A stretch of DNA of 64,000 bases from an uncultured Novosphingobium sp. (GTDB lineage Bacteria > Pseudomonadota > Alphaproteobacteria > Sphingomonadales > Sphingomonadaceae). The stretch lies in the NCBI GenBank assembly GCA_964603645.1, contig CAZRVW010000001.1, forward strand, positions 12,201 through 76,200. The letters are read 5' to 3'. The notes beneath the pieces were generated by a model. That model saw only the letters and a program-made list of their open reading frames with translations. It did no database searches and was not told the DNA's origin. Position 1 is the first letter of the stretch. Every line of letters starts with the position of its first letter. Below are positions 27,455-37,218 of this stretch, piece after piece. A program made the position numbers and the translations under genes.

Positions 27455-28684
27455 TCATCTCCTCAGCAGCTGGCCAGCGATGATGTTGCGCTGGACCTCG
27501 TTGGAGCCGCCGTAGATCGTCAGCGAGCGGCGGAACATGAAGTCGGACGAAACGCCATAGGCGTCGGGCCGACCCGGTGGATCGTTCGGCTCGCCCAGGA
27601 AATAGTCGTGCTCGGAGTAGTAGGGCAGCCCGGCCTCCTCCAGCGCCTCGATCATCAACGCGCCCAGTCGCTGCACCAGCTCGGTGCCGCGCACCTTGAG
27701 GATCGAGGGCGTCGGCGCAGCGCCAAGAATGCCCGCTTCTTCTTCCGCGACAACCCGCCACAGCGTCGCTTCGTGAGCCAGCACTTCGATTTCGAGCTGG
27801 GCAAGGCGGCGCCGGAAATGCGGGTCCTCGATCAGCGGGCGACCGCGAATTTTCGTCTCAGGGGCGATGGCCTTGATACGGGCAAGCTGGCCCTTGTGGC
27901 GCTTGACCTCGGCGCTGAACGTGCGCTCCTCGGCAAGCAGTTCCTTGGCATAGGTCCAGCCCTTGTTTTCCTCACCGACAAGGTTCGAGGCCGGAACCCG
28001 GACGTCTTCGAAGAACACTTCGTTGAGCTCATGCCCGCCGTCGATCGAGATGATCGGACGGATGGTGATACCGGGCGTTGACAGGTCGATCAGCAGGAAC
28101 GAGATACCCGCCTGTTTCTTGCCCTCGGTCGAGGTCCGCACCAGCATGAACACCCATTCCGAATAGTGCGCCTCACTGGTCCAGATCTTCTGGCCATTGA
28201 CGACATATTCGTCGCCGTCACGCACCGCGCGACACTGTAACGCGGCAAGGTCGGACCCGGCGTTCGGCTCGGAAAAGCCCTGCGCCCACATGATCTCGCC
28301 AGAGCGGATCTTCGGCAGGTGGAAGTCCTTCTGCTCCTGCGTCCCGTGATGACAGATCACCGGCCCGACCAGCGTCAGTCCCTGCGGGCTGAGCGCCGGG
28401 CAACCCGCGAGGAACACCTCTTCCTCGAAGATATGGCGCTGCGATATCGTCCAGTCCGGCCCGCCATATTCCACCGGCCAGCCGGGGACCGACCAGCCCT
28501 TTTCGTTGAGCTTGCCGGTCCACCAGACCACATCGGGCTTGTAGGGATGGTACATCTTCTTCCACCGCTCCGCCATTTCGGGCGGCAGGGTTTCCTTGAT
28601 GAAGTCACGCACCATCTGGCGGAATTCGTCGTCGGACATCTGCGAATAGTCGGTCACGGCCTGTTCCTGCGTCGGGCTGCTCAT
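27455..28684 (-). CDS. Acyl-CoA dehydrogenase, alpha-type subunit (PimC-like)
   Basis: WAQGFSEPNAGSDL, NGQKIWTS, KKQAGISF, LAEERT, TIYGGSNEVQRNII. Confidence 0.9.
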   Translation of the reverse strand: MSSPTQEQAVTDYSQMSDDEFRQMVRDFIKETLPPEMAERWKKMYHPYKPDVVWWTGKLNEKGWSVPGWPVEYGGPDWTISQRHIFEEEVFLAGCPALSPQGLTLVGPVICHHGTQEQKDFHLPKIRSGEIMWAQGFSEPNAGSDLAALQCRAVRDGDEYVVNGQKIWTSEAHYSEWVFMLVRTSTEGKKQAGISFLLIDLSTPGITIRPIISIDGGHELNEVFFEDVRVPASNLVGEENKGWTYAKELLAEERTFSAEVKRHKGQLARIKAIAPETKIRGRPLIEDPHFRRRLAQLEIEVLAHEATLWRVVAEEEAGILGAAPTPSILKVRGTELVQRLGALMIEALEEAGLPYYSEHDYFLGEPNDPPGRPDAYGVSSDFMFRRSLTIYGGSNEVQRNIIAGQLLRR

Positions 28685-30228
28685 GCGGGCAGCTTGAATT
28701 TCTGGACCTTGCCGGTCGGCGTGGTGGGCAAGCTGTCGCAGGCCACCACTTTGCGCGGCACCTTATAATTGGCCATGCGCTCGCGGCTCCAGGCAATCAG
28801 CTCGTCTTCTTCGATGGTCATGCCCTCCTTGGGCACGACATAGACGCAGCACACCTCGCCCATGCGCTCGTCGGGGATGCCCACAACCGCAAGCTGGAAG
28901 ATGGCGGGATGGGCGATCAGCATCCGTTCGACTTCCGCCGGGTAGACGTTGAAGCCGCCGGTGATGAACATTTCCTTCTTGCGGTCGGTGATTGCGACGT
29001 AGCCCTGCTCGTCCATAAAACCGATGTCGCCGGAATGCAGCCAGCCGTCAGGCGTGATCGTTTCGGCAGTGGCGACCGGATCGTCGAGATAGCCGATCAT
29101 GACGCTGATGCCGCGGATCATCACCTCGCCCGGTTCGCCGCGCGGCAGGATATTGAGGTCATCGTCCATGATCTCGACCTCTACGCCTTCGATCGCCTTG
29201 CCTGCGGTGTTGACAATCGTTTCCGGAGGATCGCCGACGCTCGACATGGTTGCCGTGCCGCTGCATTCGGTAAGGCCGTAACCGGTCAGCACCGTCGGGA
29301 CGCCAAGATCGTTCTGGATCGCCTCGATCAGCCAGGGGCCGACAGAGGCCGCACCCGTCACCGAGACACGCACCGAATCGAGCGCGCCGGGCTTGCGCTC
29401 TGGCATCGCCAACAAGGTCTGGAACAGGGTCGGCGGGCCGGGCATGAAGGTCGCCTTGTCGCGCTCCACCCGCGCCAGCAGGTCCGGCCCGTCGAGCACG
29501 GCCTGTGGCAGCGAGGTGCCGCCCATCGCCAGACATACGACCCAGCCTGCCTTGTATCCGGCGGAGTGGAAATAGGGCCACAGCAGCAGGAACCGGTCGC
29601 GGTAGCCAAACGAGGTCGCCCTGGCCCACAGCCGCGCGGTCTTGACCGTCTGGCCGTGCGCAGAAACCACGCCCTTGGGCTCGCCCGTCGTACCGCTGGT
29701 GAACATGATGTCGCAAACGTCTTCGGGCTTGAGCGCGGCAAGGCGGGCCTCCGCCTCTTTGCGGTGCTCGGGCGTGGCAGTGGCCAGAAAGGCTTCCCAG
29801 TCAGGGCCGGTGAGATCGATGGCCCGGCGCAGCTCCGGCAAGTCGAGCCCGCGAACAATTTCCGCATGGCGCACATCTAGAAATTCCGGTGCTGCGACCG
29901 CCATCGCCGCTTTCGCCTTGCCAAGCGCATATTGCACTTCGGCGCCCTTGAAACGGGTGTTGAGCGGCACCATCACGCCTTGCGCCGCCTGAATCCCGAG
30001 GCAGGCGATCATCCACGCCGCCGAGTTCGGCCCCCACAGGCCGACGCGCTCGCCCGGCTGCAGACCCGCCGCCACGAAGGCAGCGGCCGTGTTCAGCATC
30101 GCCTCCTCCAGTTCGGCGAATGTCATGCGCAGGTCGCCGTCGATGGTGGCGAGATCGTCGGGCCACAACCGTGCGGCGTCGGTGACGAGGCCCGGAATCG
30201 TCAGCGCTGTGGTGGTCGGTGCGGTCAT
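28681..30228 (-). CDS. Acyl-CoA ligase, FadD3-like
   Basis: Start ATG 30228; PLNTRFKG.E, FTSGTTGEPKG, FHSAGYKAGW, GYGLTE, GGFNVYPAEVE, TGKVQK. Confidence 0.88.
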   Translation of the reverse strand: MTAPTTTALTIPGLVTDAARLWPDDLATIDGDLRMTFAELEEAMLNTAAAFVAAGLQPGERVGLWGPNSAAWMIACLGIQAAQGVMVPLNTRFKGAEVQYALGKAKAAMAVAAPEFLDVRHAEIVRGLDLPELRRAIDLTGPDWEAFLATATPEHRKEAEARLAALKPEDVCDIMFTSGTTGEPKGVVSAHGQTVKTARLWARATSFGYRDRFLLLWPYFHSAGYKAGWVVCLAMGGTSLPQAVLDGPDLLARVERDKATFMPGPPTLFQTLLAMPERKPGALDSVRVSVTGAASVGPWLIEAIQNDLGVPTVLTGYGLTECSGTATMSSVGDPPETIVNTAGKAIEGVEVEIMDDDLNILPRGEPGEVMIRGISVMIGYLDDPVATAETITPDGWLHSGDIGFMDEQGYVAITDRKKEMFITGGFNVYPAEVERMLIAHPAIFQLAVVGIPDERMGEVCCVYVVPKEGMTIEEDELIAWSRERMANYKVPRKVVACDSLPTTPTGKVQKFKLPA

Positions 30229-31016
30229 TTGTTCTCCGCGCGCTTGCGCATCTCGGTAATTGCGGCTCGGCACAGCATCAGGTTGCGCGATTCGAATTCG
30301 ATCGCCTGATCGAGCGTCTGGTGGAGTACGGCGTTGAGATTGGTCTTGGCGTAGAACATGCCCTTGGCCGGCGTATTGGCCAGCTGTTCGGCAAGCGCCA
30401 TGGTCTCGGCTTCAAGCTCGTCATCGGCACACAGCTTGTCGATCAGCCCGAATTCCAGCGCCTCTTCGGCATTGCGCTTCTTGTCGATGAAGAACAGCTG
30501 GCGCGCCTTGCCGGTGCCGAGAATCTGCGTCCACAGCCAGTTGCCGCCATAATCGCTCGACAGGCCCATGGCGATAAAGGCCGAGCGGAACTTGGCGGAC
30601 GCTCCGGCATAGCGAATGTCGCAGGCCCCCGCGAGATTGAGACCTGCGCCGGCGCAGGCGCCGTTGATCATCGCGATCACCGGCTTGGGTGCCTCGTGCA
30701 ACACGCGGCTGGCCTGCGAGCACTTGGCCAGCCAGGCGGCGCGCTTTTCGAAGCTCGACTTGGGCGGCGCCGCGCTTTTCACCTGATCGTCGGCCATCTT
30801 GCCGATCGCCCGGGTATCGCCGCCCGCGCAGAACACCTTGCCTGCGCCGGTCAATATGATGCAGCGCACGTTCTCGTCCTCGGCCAGTTCGCGTGCGGCG
30901 ATCGGCAGCTCGCGCATCAACCCGCCATCGAGCGAATTCATCGCATCGGGGCGGTTGAGCGTCAGCACGGCCACACCGTTGTCGCGGCGGTCAATCAGGA
31001 CATTTTCGTAAGACAT
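30225..31016 (-). CDS. Enoyl-CoA hydratase/isomerase family (PaaG-like Asp type)
   Basis: LNRPDAMNSL, FCAGGD, CAGAGLNLAGACD, GLSSDYGG. Confidence 0.88.
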   Translation of the reverse strand: MSYENVLIDRRDNGVAVLTLNRPDAMNSLDGGLMRELPIAARELAEDENVRCIILTGAGKVFCAGGDTRAIGKMADDQVKSAAPPKSSFEKRAAWLAKCSQASRVLHEAPKPVIAMINGACAGAGLNLAGACDIRYAGASAKFRSAFIAMGLSSDYGGNWLWTQILGTGKARQLFFIDKKRNAEEALEFGLIDKLCADDELEAETMALAEQLANTPAKGMFYAKTNLNAVLHQTLDQAIEFESRNLMLCRAAITEMRKRAENK

Positions 31017-31045
31017 GGGGTCTCCACTAAGCTGCCCCAGCTTTA

Positions 31046-31063
31046 ATTAGAGTGCACTGAATT
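31046..31063. promoter_or_regulatory. Candidate operator, motif 1
   Basis: ATTAGAG-TGCA-CTGAATT, 30 bp upstream of the minus-strand start at 31016 and overlapping a TTGCAA hexamer. Confidence 0.55.
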
Positions 31064-31076
31064 GCAAGGCGCGCGG

Positions 31077-32792
31077 TCAGTGTGTGGCGGCACCCGCAGC
31101 TCCAATTCCGGTTTCGGCCCGGAAGCGCTGCGCTTCGCATCCATCCCGGTCCATCACCGCCCGGCCCGAACGATCCATGATCGAGAAGAGCCAGATTCCG
31201 ATGAAAGCCAGCGGCATCGAGATGATCGTCGGAGAGCTGTAAGGGAACGGCGCGGCCTCATTGCCGATCACGTCCTGCCAGATCGCGGGCGAAAGCACGG
31301 TAAGCACCAGCGCGGTGCCGATTCCGAGCGTACCGCCCACGACGATGCCGCGCGTGGTGCAGCCTTTCCAAAGGACCGACATGAGCAGCACCGGGAAATT
31401 GCCCGACGCCGCGATGGCGAAGGCAAGGCTGACCATATAGGCGACGTTCTGCGTCTCGAAGGCGATGCCCAGCGCGATGGCGAGCGCGGCCAGGACCGGG
31501 ACGGTGCGGCGCGACACCTTCAATTCGCTGTCCGAGTCTCCCTCCCCCTTGCGGATCACGCTGGCATAGATGTCATGCGCGACCGCCGAAGCACCGGACA
31601 AGGTCAGCCCCGCGACAACGGCGAGGATCGTCGCGAAGGCGACCGCACTGACGAAGCCGAGAAACAGGTCGCCGCCCAGTGCGGTCGCCAGGTGGATCGC
31701 CGCCATGTTGCCGCCGCCGCGCAAGCTCCCGTCCGCTTCGAGGAAGGCCGGATTGCTGGCGACCAGGGTGATCGCGCCGAATCCGATAACGAAGGTAAGA
31801 ACGTAGAAATAGCCGATCCACCCGGTTGCCCAGAGCACCGAATTGCGGGCTGCCTTGGCGTCGGGAACGGTGAAGAAGCGCATCAGGATATGTGGCAGGC
31901 CCGCCGTGCCGAGCATCAGCGCCAGCCCGAACGAGATCGCCGAAATCGGGTCCTTGATGAAGCCGCCCGGTCCCATGATCGCCGAGCCCGCGGCGCTTGC
32001 GTCCGCCGCCGAAGCACCACCTGCCGCAGCGACGCTCGCCTTGACCTCAACCGCGCGGGCGAACATCGCCTCGGGCGAAAAGCCGAAGCTTGCCAGCACC
32101 GCAATGGCCATGAAGGTGGCGCAGCCAAGCAGCAGCACCGCCTTGACGATCTGCACCCAAGTCGTCGCGATCATGCCGCCGAACAGCACGTAGCAGGTCA
32201 TCAGCACGCCGACGATTGCCACCGCCCAAGCATATTCGAGCCCGAACAGCAGCTTGATGAGCTGGCCCGCGCCGACCATCTGCGCGATCAAGTAGAAGAC
32301 AACCACTGCCAGCGTCGAAAAGGCGGCGAAGAGGCGCACCGGCGTCTGTGCGAAGCGAAAGCTTGCGACATCGGCGAAGGTGTAGCGGCCAAGGTTGCGC
32401 AGGCGCTCTGCCAGCAGGAACAGGATGATCGGCCAGCCGACAAGGAAGCCTGTCGAATAGATCAGGCCATCGTAGCCCGAAGCGAAAATCTGCGCCGAGA
32501 TGCCCAGAAAACTCGCCGCTGACATGTAGTCCCCGGCAATGGCGAGGCCGTTCTGGAAGCCGCTGATGCCGCCGCCCGCAGTGTAGAAATCGGAAGCCGA
32601 GCGCACGCGCTTTGCCGCCCAGCGCGTGATCCACAGCGTCGCGCCGACGAACAGCGCGAACATGGTGATCGCGGGCCAGTTCGTCGCTTGCTGCTGCGTC
32701 TCCCCGGTCAGCGCATCGGCAAGCGCCATGGCCGGGACGGCGACAAGCGCCAGAATCAGAGCGCAGCGAGTTGCGGCGAAGGGGCCCTTCAC
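31077..32792 (-). CDS. actP: Cation/acetate (monocarboxylate) symporter ActP
   Basis: [60 protein letters not shown]; multiple hydrophobic segments. Confidence 0.93.
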   Translation of the reverse strand: MKGPFAATRCALILALVAVPAMALADALTGETQQQATNWPAITMFALFVGATLWITRWAAKRVRSASDFYTAGGGISGFQNGLAIAGDYMSAASFLGISAQIFASGYDGLIYSTGFLVGWPIILFLLAERLRNLGRYTFADVASFRFAQTPVRLFAAFSTLAVVVFYLIAQMVGAGQLIKLLFGLEYAWAVAIVGVLMTCYVLFGGMIATTWVQIVKAVLLLGCATFMAIAVLASFGFSPEAMFARAVEVKASVAAAGGASAADASAAGSAIMGPGGFIKDPISAISFGLALMLGTAGLPHILMRFFTVPDAKAARNSVLWATGWIGYFYVLTFVIGFGAITLVASNPAFLEADGSLRGGGNMAAIHLATALGGDLFLGFVSAVAFATILAVVAGLTLSGASAVAHDIYASVIRKGEGDSDSELKVSRRTVPVLAALAIALGIAFETQNVAYMVSLAFAIAASGNFPVLLMSVLWKGCTTRGIVVGGTLGIGTALVLTVLSPAIWQDVIGNEAAPFPYSSPTIISMPLAFIGIWLFSIMDRSGRAVMDRDGCEAQRFRAETGIGAAGAATH

Positions 32793-33103
32793 GCGCCGTG
32801 CTCCTCACGCAGCGCCTGCATTGCCGGATCGTAGTGGCGGTTTGCGCGCCACACGTAGAGCGCGGTCAACGCAATGCCCGAGAGAATTACGCCAATGCCA
32901 ACGGGAATCCCGAGCGTGGTCACACCGTCACCGATGGGCCGGGCGAGAATGTCGGGCCGGAATGCGATCAGGAGCACATAGCCATAGTAGATCGCGCAAA
33001 TCGCGAAGGTCAGCAGCCAGGCGAAGCGAGCCCTCGCGCGCACCAAAGCCTCATAGCGCGGATCGCCTGTCATGGCGGTCGGCACCACTTGCGATTCAGT
33101 CAT
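32789..33103 (-). CDS. yjcH: DUF485 inner-membrane protein, ActP partner
   Basis: Start ATG 33103 after GGGGAG; two hydrophobic segments, [21 protein letters not shown]; overlaps the actP start. Confidence 0.85.
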   Translation of the reverse strand: MTESQVVPTAMTGDPRYEALVRARARFAWLLTFAICAIYYGYVLLIAFRPDILARPIGDGVTTLGIPVGIGVILSGIALTALYVWRANRHYDPAMQALREEHGA

Positions 33104-33129
33104 GGTCTCTCCCCCATCGGGAGAATTGG

Positions 33130-34806
33130 CTAGTTGAGAGCCTTGGCCTTGTCGAGCACGAAGCCTTCGTAGCCCTTTGCGGCGACCTCCTCGGTCACAG
33201 CCTTGTAGCCCGGATAACCGGCGACATAGAGCAGGAACCGGCGCGGCTTGCCGGGAATGTTGGAGCCCAGATACCAGGAGTCGCCCTTGGTATAGATCGT
33301 AGCGTCGGCCAGCTCGTTGCAATGCTGCACCCATTTGGCTTCCGCCTCTGGATCCGGCTCGATCGAGGTGTAGCCCTGCTCGTCGAGCCAGGTAATGGCC
33401 TTTGCGATCCAGTCCACCTGCTGCTCATTGGCGGTAATTACATTGGCAAGCGCCGAGCAGCTTTGCGGCCCGCCGATGATGAACATGCCGGGAAATTCGG
33501 AGACCATGATACCGAGGTAGGAATAGGGGCCGTCCTTCCAGGCATCGCGCAGGATCTTTCCGCCGCGCCCGACGATGTCCATGCGCGTAAGCGAACCGGT
33601 CATGGCGTCGAAACCAGTCGCGCAGACGATCATGTCGGCATCGATGTGCCGGCCCGATTTCAGGTTCACACCAGTCTTGTCGATCGAAGCGATCGGGTCC
33701 GATTTGACGTCGACCAGTTCGACGTTGTCCTGATTGTAGATCTCGTAATAATTGGTGTCGAGGATCACTCGCTTGGTGCCGAAATACTGGCTGGAAATCA
33801 GCTTTTCGGCGACGGCCTGATCCTTGACGATCTCGCGAATGCGGTCGGCGATATATTCACCTGCAATTGCGCTCGCCTCCTTGGTCTTGAGCGTGTCGGT
33901 GAAGGCGCGCTGGAAACCGTAGCCGCCATAGGCCCAGGCATTGTCGAAGATCTTCTCGCGCTCTTCCGGCGAGACGTCGAAGATCGACTTGTCGCCTGGC
34001 ACGATCGGCGGATCGCTCGGCAGGCTCTGATAGAAAGTCGCGCCGATCAGCGTTTGCCAGAATTCGCGTAGCTCCGGATAGCGCGCCTTGATCTCTTCCT
34101 GCTCACCCTCAAGCAATGGCCGGTTGCGCGCCGGGATGATGTGGTGTGCGGTGCGCTGCAGCACGTAATGTTTGCCCGCGTCCTTGGAAATTTCCTGCGC
34201 GATCTGCACACCCGATGAGCCGGTGCCGATCTGCACCACTTTCTTGCCAGCGAACGACACCTCGTGCTTGGGCCACATGGCGGTGTGGTAGAATTCACCC
34301 TCGAACGTATCGAGACCGGGAAAATCCGGAATGTTGGGAGTGGAGAGCGGGCCGGCTGCCATGATCAGCCAGCGGCAGCGATAGGCGTCACCGCCTTCGG
34401 TGGTCACCGTCCAGCTATTGTCCGCCTCGTCATAAACGGCAGAGGCAACGCGCGTGTTGAAGTCGATGTCCTTGCCCAGATCGAGGCGATCGACGACAAA
34501 TTGCGTATAGTCGAGGATCTCGGACTGGGTGGCGAAACGCTCGGTCCAGCTCCATTCCTGCTGGATCGCGTCGTCTATCGCGAGCGAATATTGCAGGCTC
34601 TCGACGTCGCAGCGCGCGCCGGGATAGCGGTTCCAGTACCAGGTGCCGCCCGCTTGCGATCCGGCCTCGATCACCCGCGCGCTGTATCCCATCTTGTCGC
34701 GCAGGCGATGGAGCGCAGCCAGACCGGCAAATCCGGCGCCAACCACCACCACGTCGAGCTCGCGTGTCCGTGTGGCGCTTCCCGCCTCGCTCGAAACCAT
34801 GTCCAT
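33130..34806 (-). CDS. Type I Baeyer-Villiger monooxygenase (cyclohexanone/phenylacetone monooxygenase family)
   Basis: GAGFAG, GGTWYWNRYPGARCD, fingerprint FEGEFYHTAMWP, GTGSSG, GTKR catalytic Arg, ATGFDAMTG. Confidence 0.95.
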   Translation of the reverse strand: MDMVSSEAGSATRTRELDVVVVGAGFAGLAALHRLRDKMGYSARVIEAGSQAGGTWYWNRYPGARCDVESLQYSLAIDDAIQQEWSWTERFATQSEILDYTQFVVDRLDLGKDIDFNTRVASAVYDEADNSWTVTTEGGDAYRCRWLIMAAGPLSTPNIPDFPGLDTFEGEFYHTAMWPKHEVSFAGKKVVQIGTGSSGVQIAQEISKDAGKHYVLQRTAHHIIPARNRPLLEGEQEEIKARYPELREFWQTLIGATFYQSLPSDPPIVPGDKSIFDVSPEEREKIFDNAWAYGGYGFQRAFTDTLKTKEASAIAGEYIADRIREIVKDQAVAEKLISSQYFGTKRVILDTNYYEIYNQDNVELVDVKSDPIASIDKTGVNLKSGRHIDADMIVCATGFDAMTGSLTRMDIVGRGGKILRDAWKDGPYSYLGIMVSEFPGMFIIGGPQSCSALANVITANEQQVDWIAKAITWLDEQGYTSIEPDPEAEAKWVQHCNELADATIYTKGDSWYLGSNIPGKPRRFLLYVAGYPGYKAVTEEVAAKGYEGFVLDKAKALN

Positions 34807-34937
34807 TGTCCAACCTCGTTCCCGTGTGCGTGTATTTGCGAGTGATTATGCAGAGCCCATGCTGCCGCCGCAATCATTGATCGTGCGCAACCGGCGCCGC
34901 GCGCGGCGCGCATGGCAAATCCGTAAATATGGACCCG

Positions 34938-34954
34938 CAATCATCTAACCAATT
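34938..34954. promoter_or_regulatory. Candidate FadR-type operator, motif 2
   Basis: CAATCATCTAACCAATT between the divergent BVMO and crotonase operon; matches the copies at 50755 and 50881. Confidence 0.55.
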
Positions 34955-35047
34955 CGTGACTCGCAAATCGCGATTGCCTGTGCCAGAGCCGTGTGTGAAC
35001 CCGAATCCCTTCGGGCCTGCAGAGCCTAATCAACGCGGAGATGGACG

Positions 35048-35863
35048 ATGTCCGACCTGGTACTTTACGACGTGAAAGATCGCGTCGCCACGATCACTCT
35101 CAACCGCCCGGAACGACGCAATGCGCAAAACCCGGAATTGCTCGACCAGCTTCATGAATGCTGGGAACGCGCCGCCGAAGACGATGAAGTGCGCGTGATC
35201 CTGCTGCGCGCCGAAGGCCCGCACTTTTCCGCCGGCCACGACATGACGGGCGTGCGCGACAAGTCGCTGAGCAAGATTGGCGACAGCATCAAGGAAACCG
35301 GGACGCTGGAGCTCTATCGCTGGGAATCCAAGCGGTATCTTGGCTATTCGCGGCGTTGGCGCGAAATCCCCAAGCCCTCTATCGCGGCGGTGCAAGGCGC
35401 CTGCATTGCAGGGGCCTTGCTGCTGGTCTGGCCGTGCGACCTGATCATCGCCGCCGAAAACGCCCGCTTCTCCGATCCGGTGGTAATGATGGGCATCGGC
35501 GGCGTCGAGTATCACGGCCACACCTGGGAGCTTGGTGCGCGCAAGGCCAAGGAAATGCTGTTTACGGCGAAGCCGATCCTGGCCGACGAGGCCGAGCGGC
35601 GCGGCATGGTCAACAAGGTCGTGCCGGTCGAGGAACTGGACGCGGCAGCGCGCGAAATGGCGGTCGAAATCGCACAGATGCATCCCCACGCGCTCGAAAT
35701 GGCCAAGCGCGTCGTCAACCAGACGCTCGATATTCAGGGTCAGTATGCCGCGATCCAGTCGTGCTTCGACATCCACCACCTCGGCCACAACTCGGCCTGG
35801 GCGCAGACCGGCCAGTTCGTGCTCGTCGATCACACTGCGGTCAAGGCAGCCGGCAAGGTCTGA
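35048..35863 (+). CDS. Enoyl-CoA hydratase/isomerase family (non-canonical active site)
   Basis: LNRPERRNAQ, FSAGHD, IAAVQGACIAGA, FSDPVVMMG; RBS GGAG. Confidence 0.88.
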   Translation: MSDLVLYDVKDRVATITLNRPERRNAQNPELLDQLHECWERAAEDDEVRVILLRAEGPHFSAGHDMTGVRDKSLSKIGDSIKETGTLELYRWESKRYLGYSRRWREIPKPSIAAVQGACIAGALLLVWPCDLIIAAENARFSDPVVMMGIGGVEYHGHTWELGARKAKEMLFTAKPILADEAERRGMVNKVVPVEELDAAAREMAVEIAQMHPHALEMAKRVVNQTLDIQGQYAAIQSCFDIHHLGHNSAWAQTGQFVLVDHTAVKAAGKV

Positions 35864-35888
35864 CGCGACCACGGGAGAGGATGGACAG

Positions 35889-36719
35889 ATGAGCGACAAC
35901 CAGGATCTTCTCGTCACCGACGAAAGCGGCGTGATGACGGTCACCCTCAACCGGCCCGACCGCCTCAACACGCTGACCTGGCCGATGATCGCGCAGCTCG
36001 ACGAACTGGTCAGCCGCGCCAATCGCGATCCCGGCGTCAAGGTGTTCGTGCTGGCGGGTGCGGGGCGAGGTTTCTGCGCCGGGCACGATCTGTCCGCTAT
36101 GGGCGGCGAGGATGGCGATCCCATCACCGACAAGTGGAAAAACGAGCCGATCTGGCTCGAACCCGAGCAGGTCGCAGCGCGGATGATCGAGGACAGCCAG
36201 ATCTTCATCAGCCTGTTCCGCATGAACAAGCCGACCATGGCGGTCATGCGTGGTCCGGCGGCAGGCAGCGGGCTGGCGCTCGCGACCGCCTGCGACCTAC
36301 GGATCGTCTCCGAAACCGCCTTCTTCAAGACGAGCTACGCCAGCGCAGGCCGCTGCGGCGAGCCGGGATCGGCATTCCTGCTGCAACGGCTGGTCGGCCC
36401 GGCCAAGGCCCGCGAATTCATGCTGCTCGACGAGAAGATCGACGCTTCGACCGCGCTTGCCTACGGCCTTGCCAACAAGGTGTTTGCCGACGATGCGCTC
36501 GACGCCGAGGCCGCGAAAATCGCCGCCAAGTTCGCCGCTGGACCGGGCATGAGCTACGCCGGCATCAAACGTAACCTCAACGCCGCCGAGCGGCTGTCGT
36601 TCGAGGATTGCGTTTCGACCGAGGCAGCGCAGAACGCGCGCGCTTCAATGTCGCACGACGGCAAGGAAGCGGGCCTCGCCTTCATGGAAAAACGTGCTCC
36701 GGCATTCCGGGGCTACTGA
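35889..36719 (+). CDS. Enoyl-CoA hydratase/isomerase family
   Basis: Start ATG 35889 after GAGG; LNRPDRLN, FCAGHD, AAGSGLALATACD, AFMEKRAPAF. Confidence 0.88.
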   Translation: MSDNQDLLVTDESGVMTVTLNRPDRLNTLTWPMIAQLDELVSRANRDPGVKVFVLAGAGRGFCAGHDLSAMGGEDGDPITDKWKNEPIWLEPEQVAARMIEDSQIFISLFRMNKPTMAVMRGPAAGSGLALATACDLRIVSETAFFKTSYASAGRCGEPGSAFLLQRLVGPAKAREFMLLDEKIDASTALAYGLANKVFADDALDAEAAKIAAKFAAGPGMSYAGIKRNLNAAERLSFEDCVSTEAAQNARASMSHDGKEAGLAFMEKRAPAFRGY

Positions 36720-36734
36720 GGGAAAGACTGCGCC

Positions 36735-37172
36735 ATGGGCAAACGCAAGCTGAAACAGGATGTGCGCGAGCACCTCGAAGGCTATTCGGGCGCGGCAGCG
36801 CGGCTCGACATCGACGAGTATCTGACGTTCTTCACCGATGATGCAGTGATGCACGGCATCCTAGAAATGTTCGGTCAGACCGGGCCGCTGGTGGGCAAGG
36901 ACGCGCTGCGGGGCTTCTTCGGTCAGGCCTTCGACGGATTGACCTGGCTCGTCCAGCTCAACTCGATCACCAACATCGACATCGGCAAGGACGAAAAGAC
37001 CGCGACATCGAGCCTTGGCGTGCAGGAACGCGCGGGCGGCGACGATGGCTCGATCATCATGCTTGGTCGCTATGACGACAAGCTGGTGCTGACCGATGAT
37101 GGCTGGAAGTTCACCGAACGCCGGCTGACTGTTTACAAATTTGCGCCGGTAACAGAGGCTGGGCAGGCCTAG
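36735..37172 (+). CDS. NTF2/SnoaL-like protein
   Basis: 145 aa; FFTDDAV, GKDALRGFF, GRYDDKLV....GWKFTERR. Confidence 0.8.
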   Translation: MGKRKLKQDVREHLEGYSGAAARLDIDEYLTFFTDDAVMHGILEMFGQTGPLVGKDALRGFFGQAFDGLTWLVQLNSITNIDIGKDEKTATSSLGVQERAGGDDGSIIMLGRYDDKLVLTDDGWKFTERRLTVYKFAPVTEAGQA

Positions 37173-37218
37173 GTATCAGGCATGGAGCGGGGGCAGATCC
37201 GAACGTGATGACGCGGCC

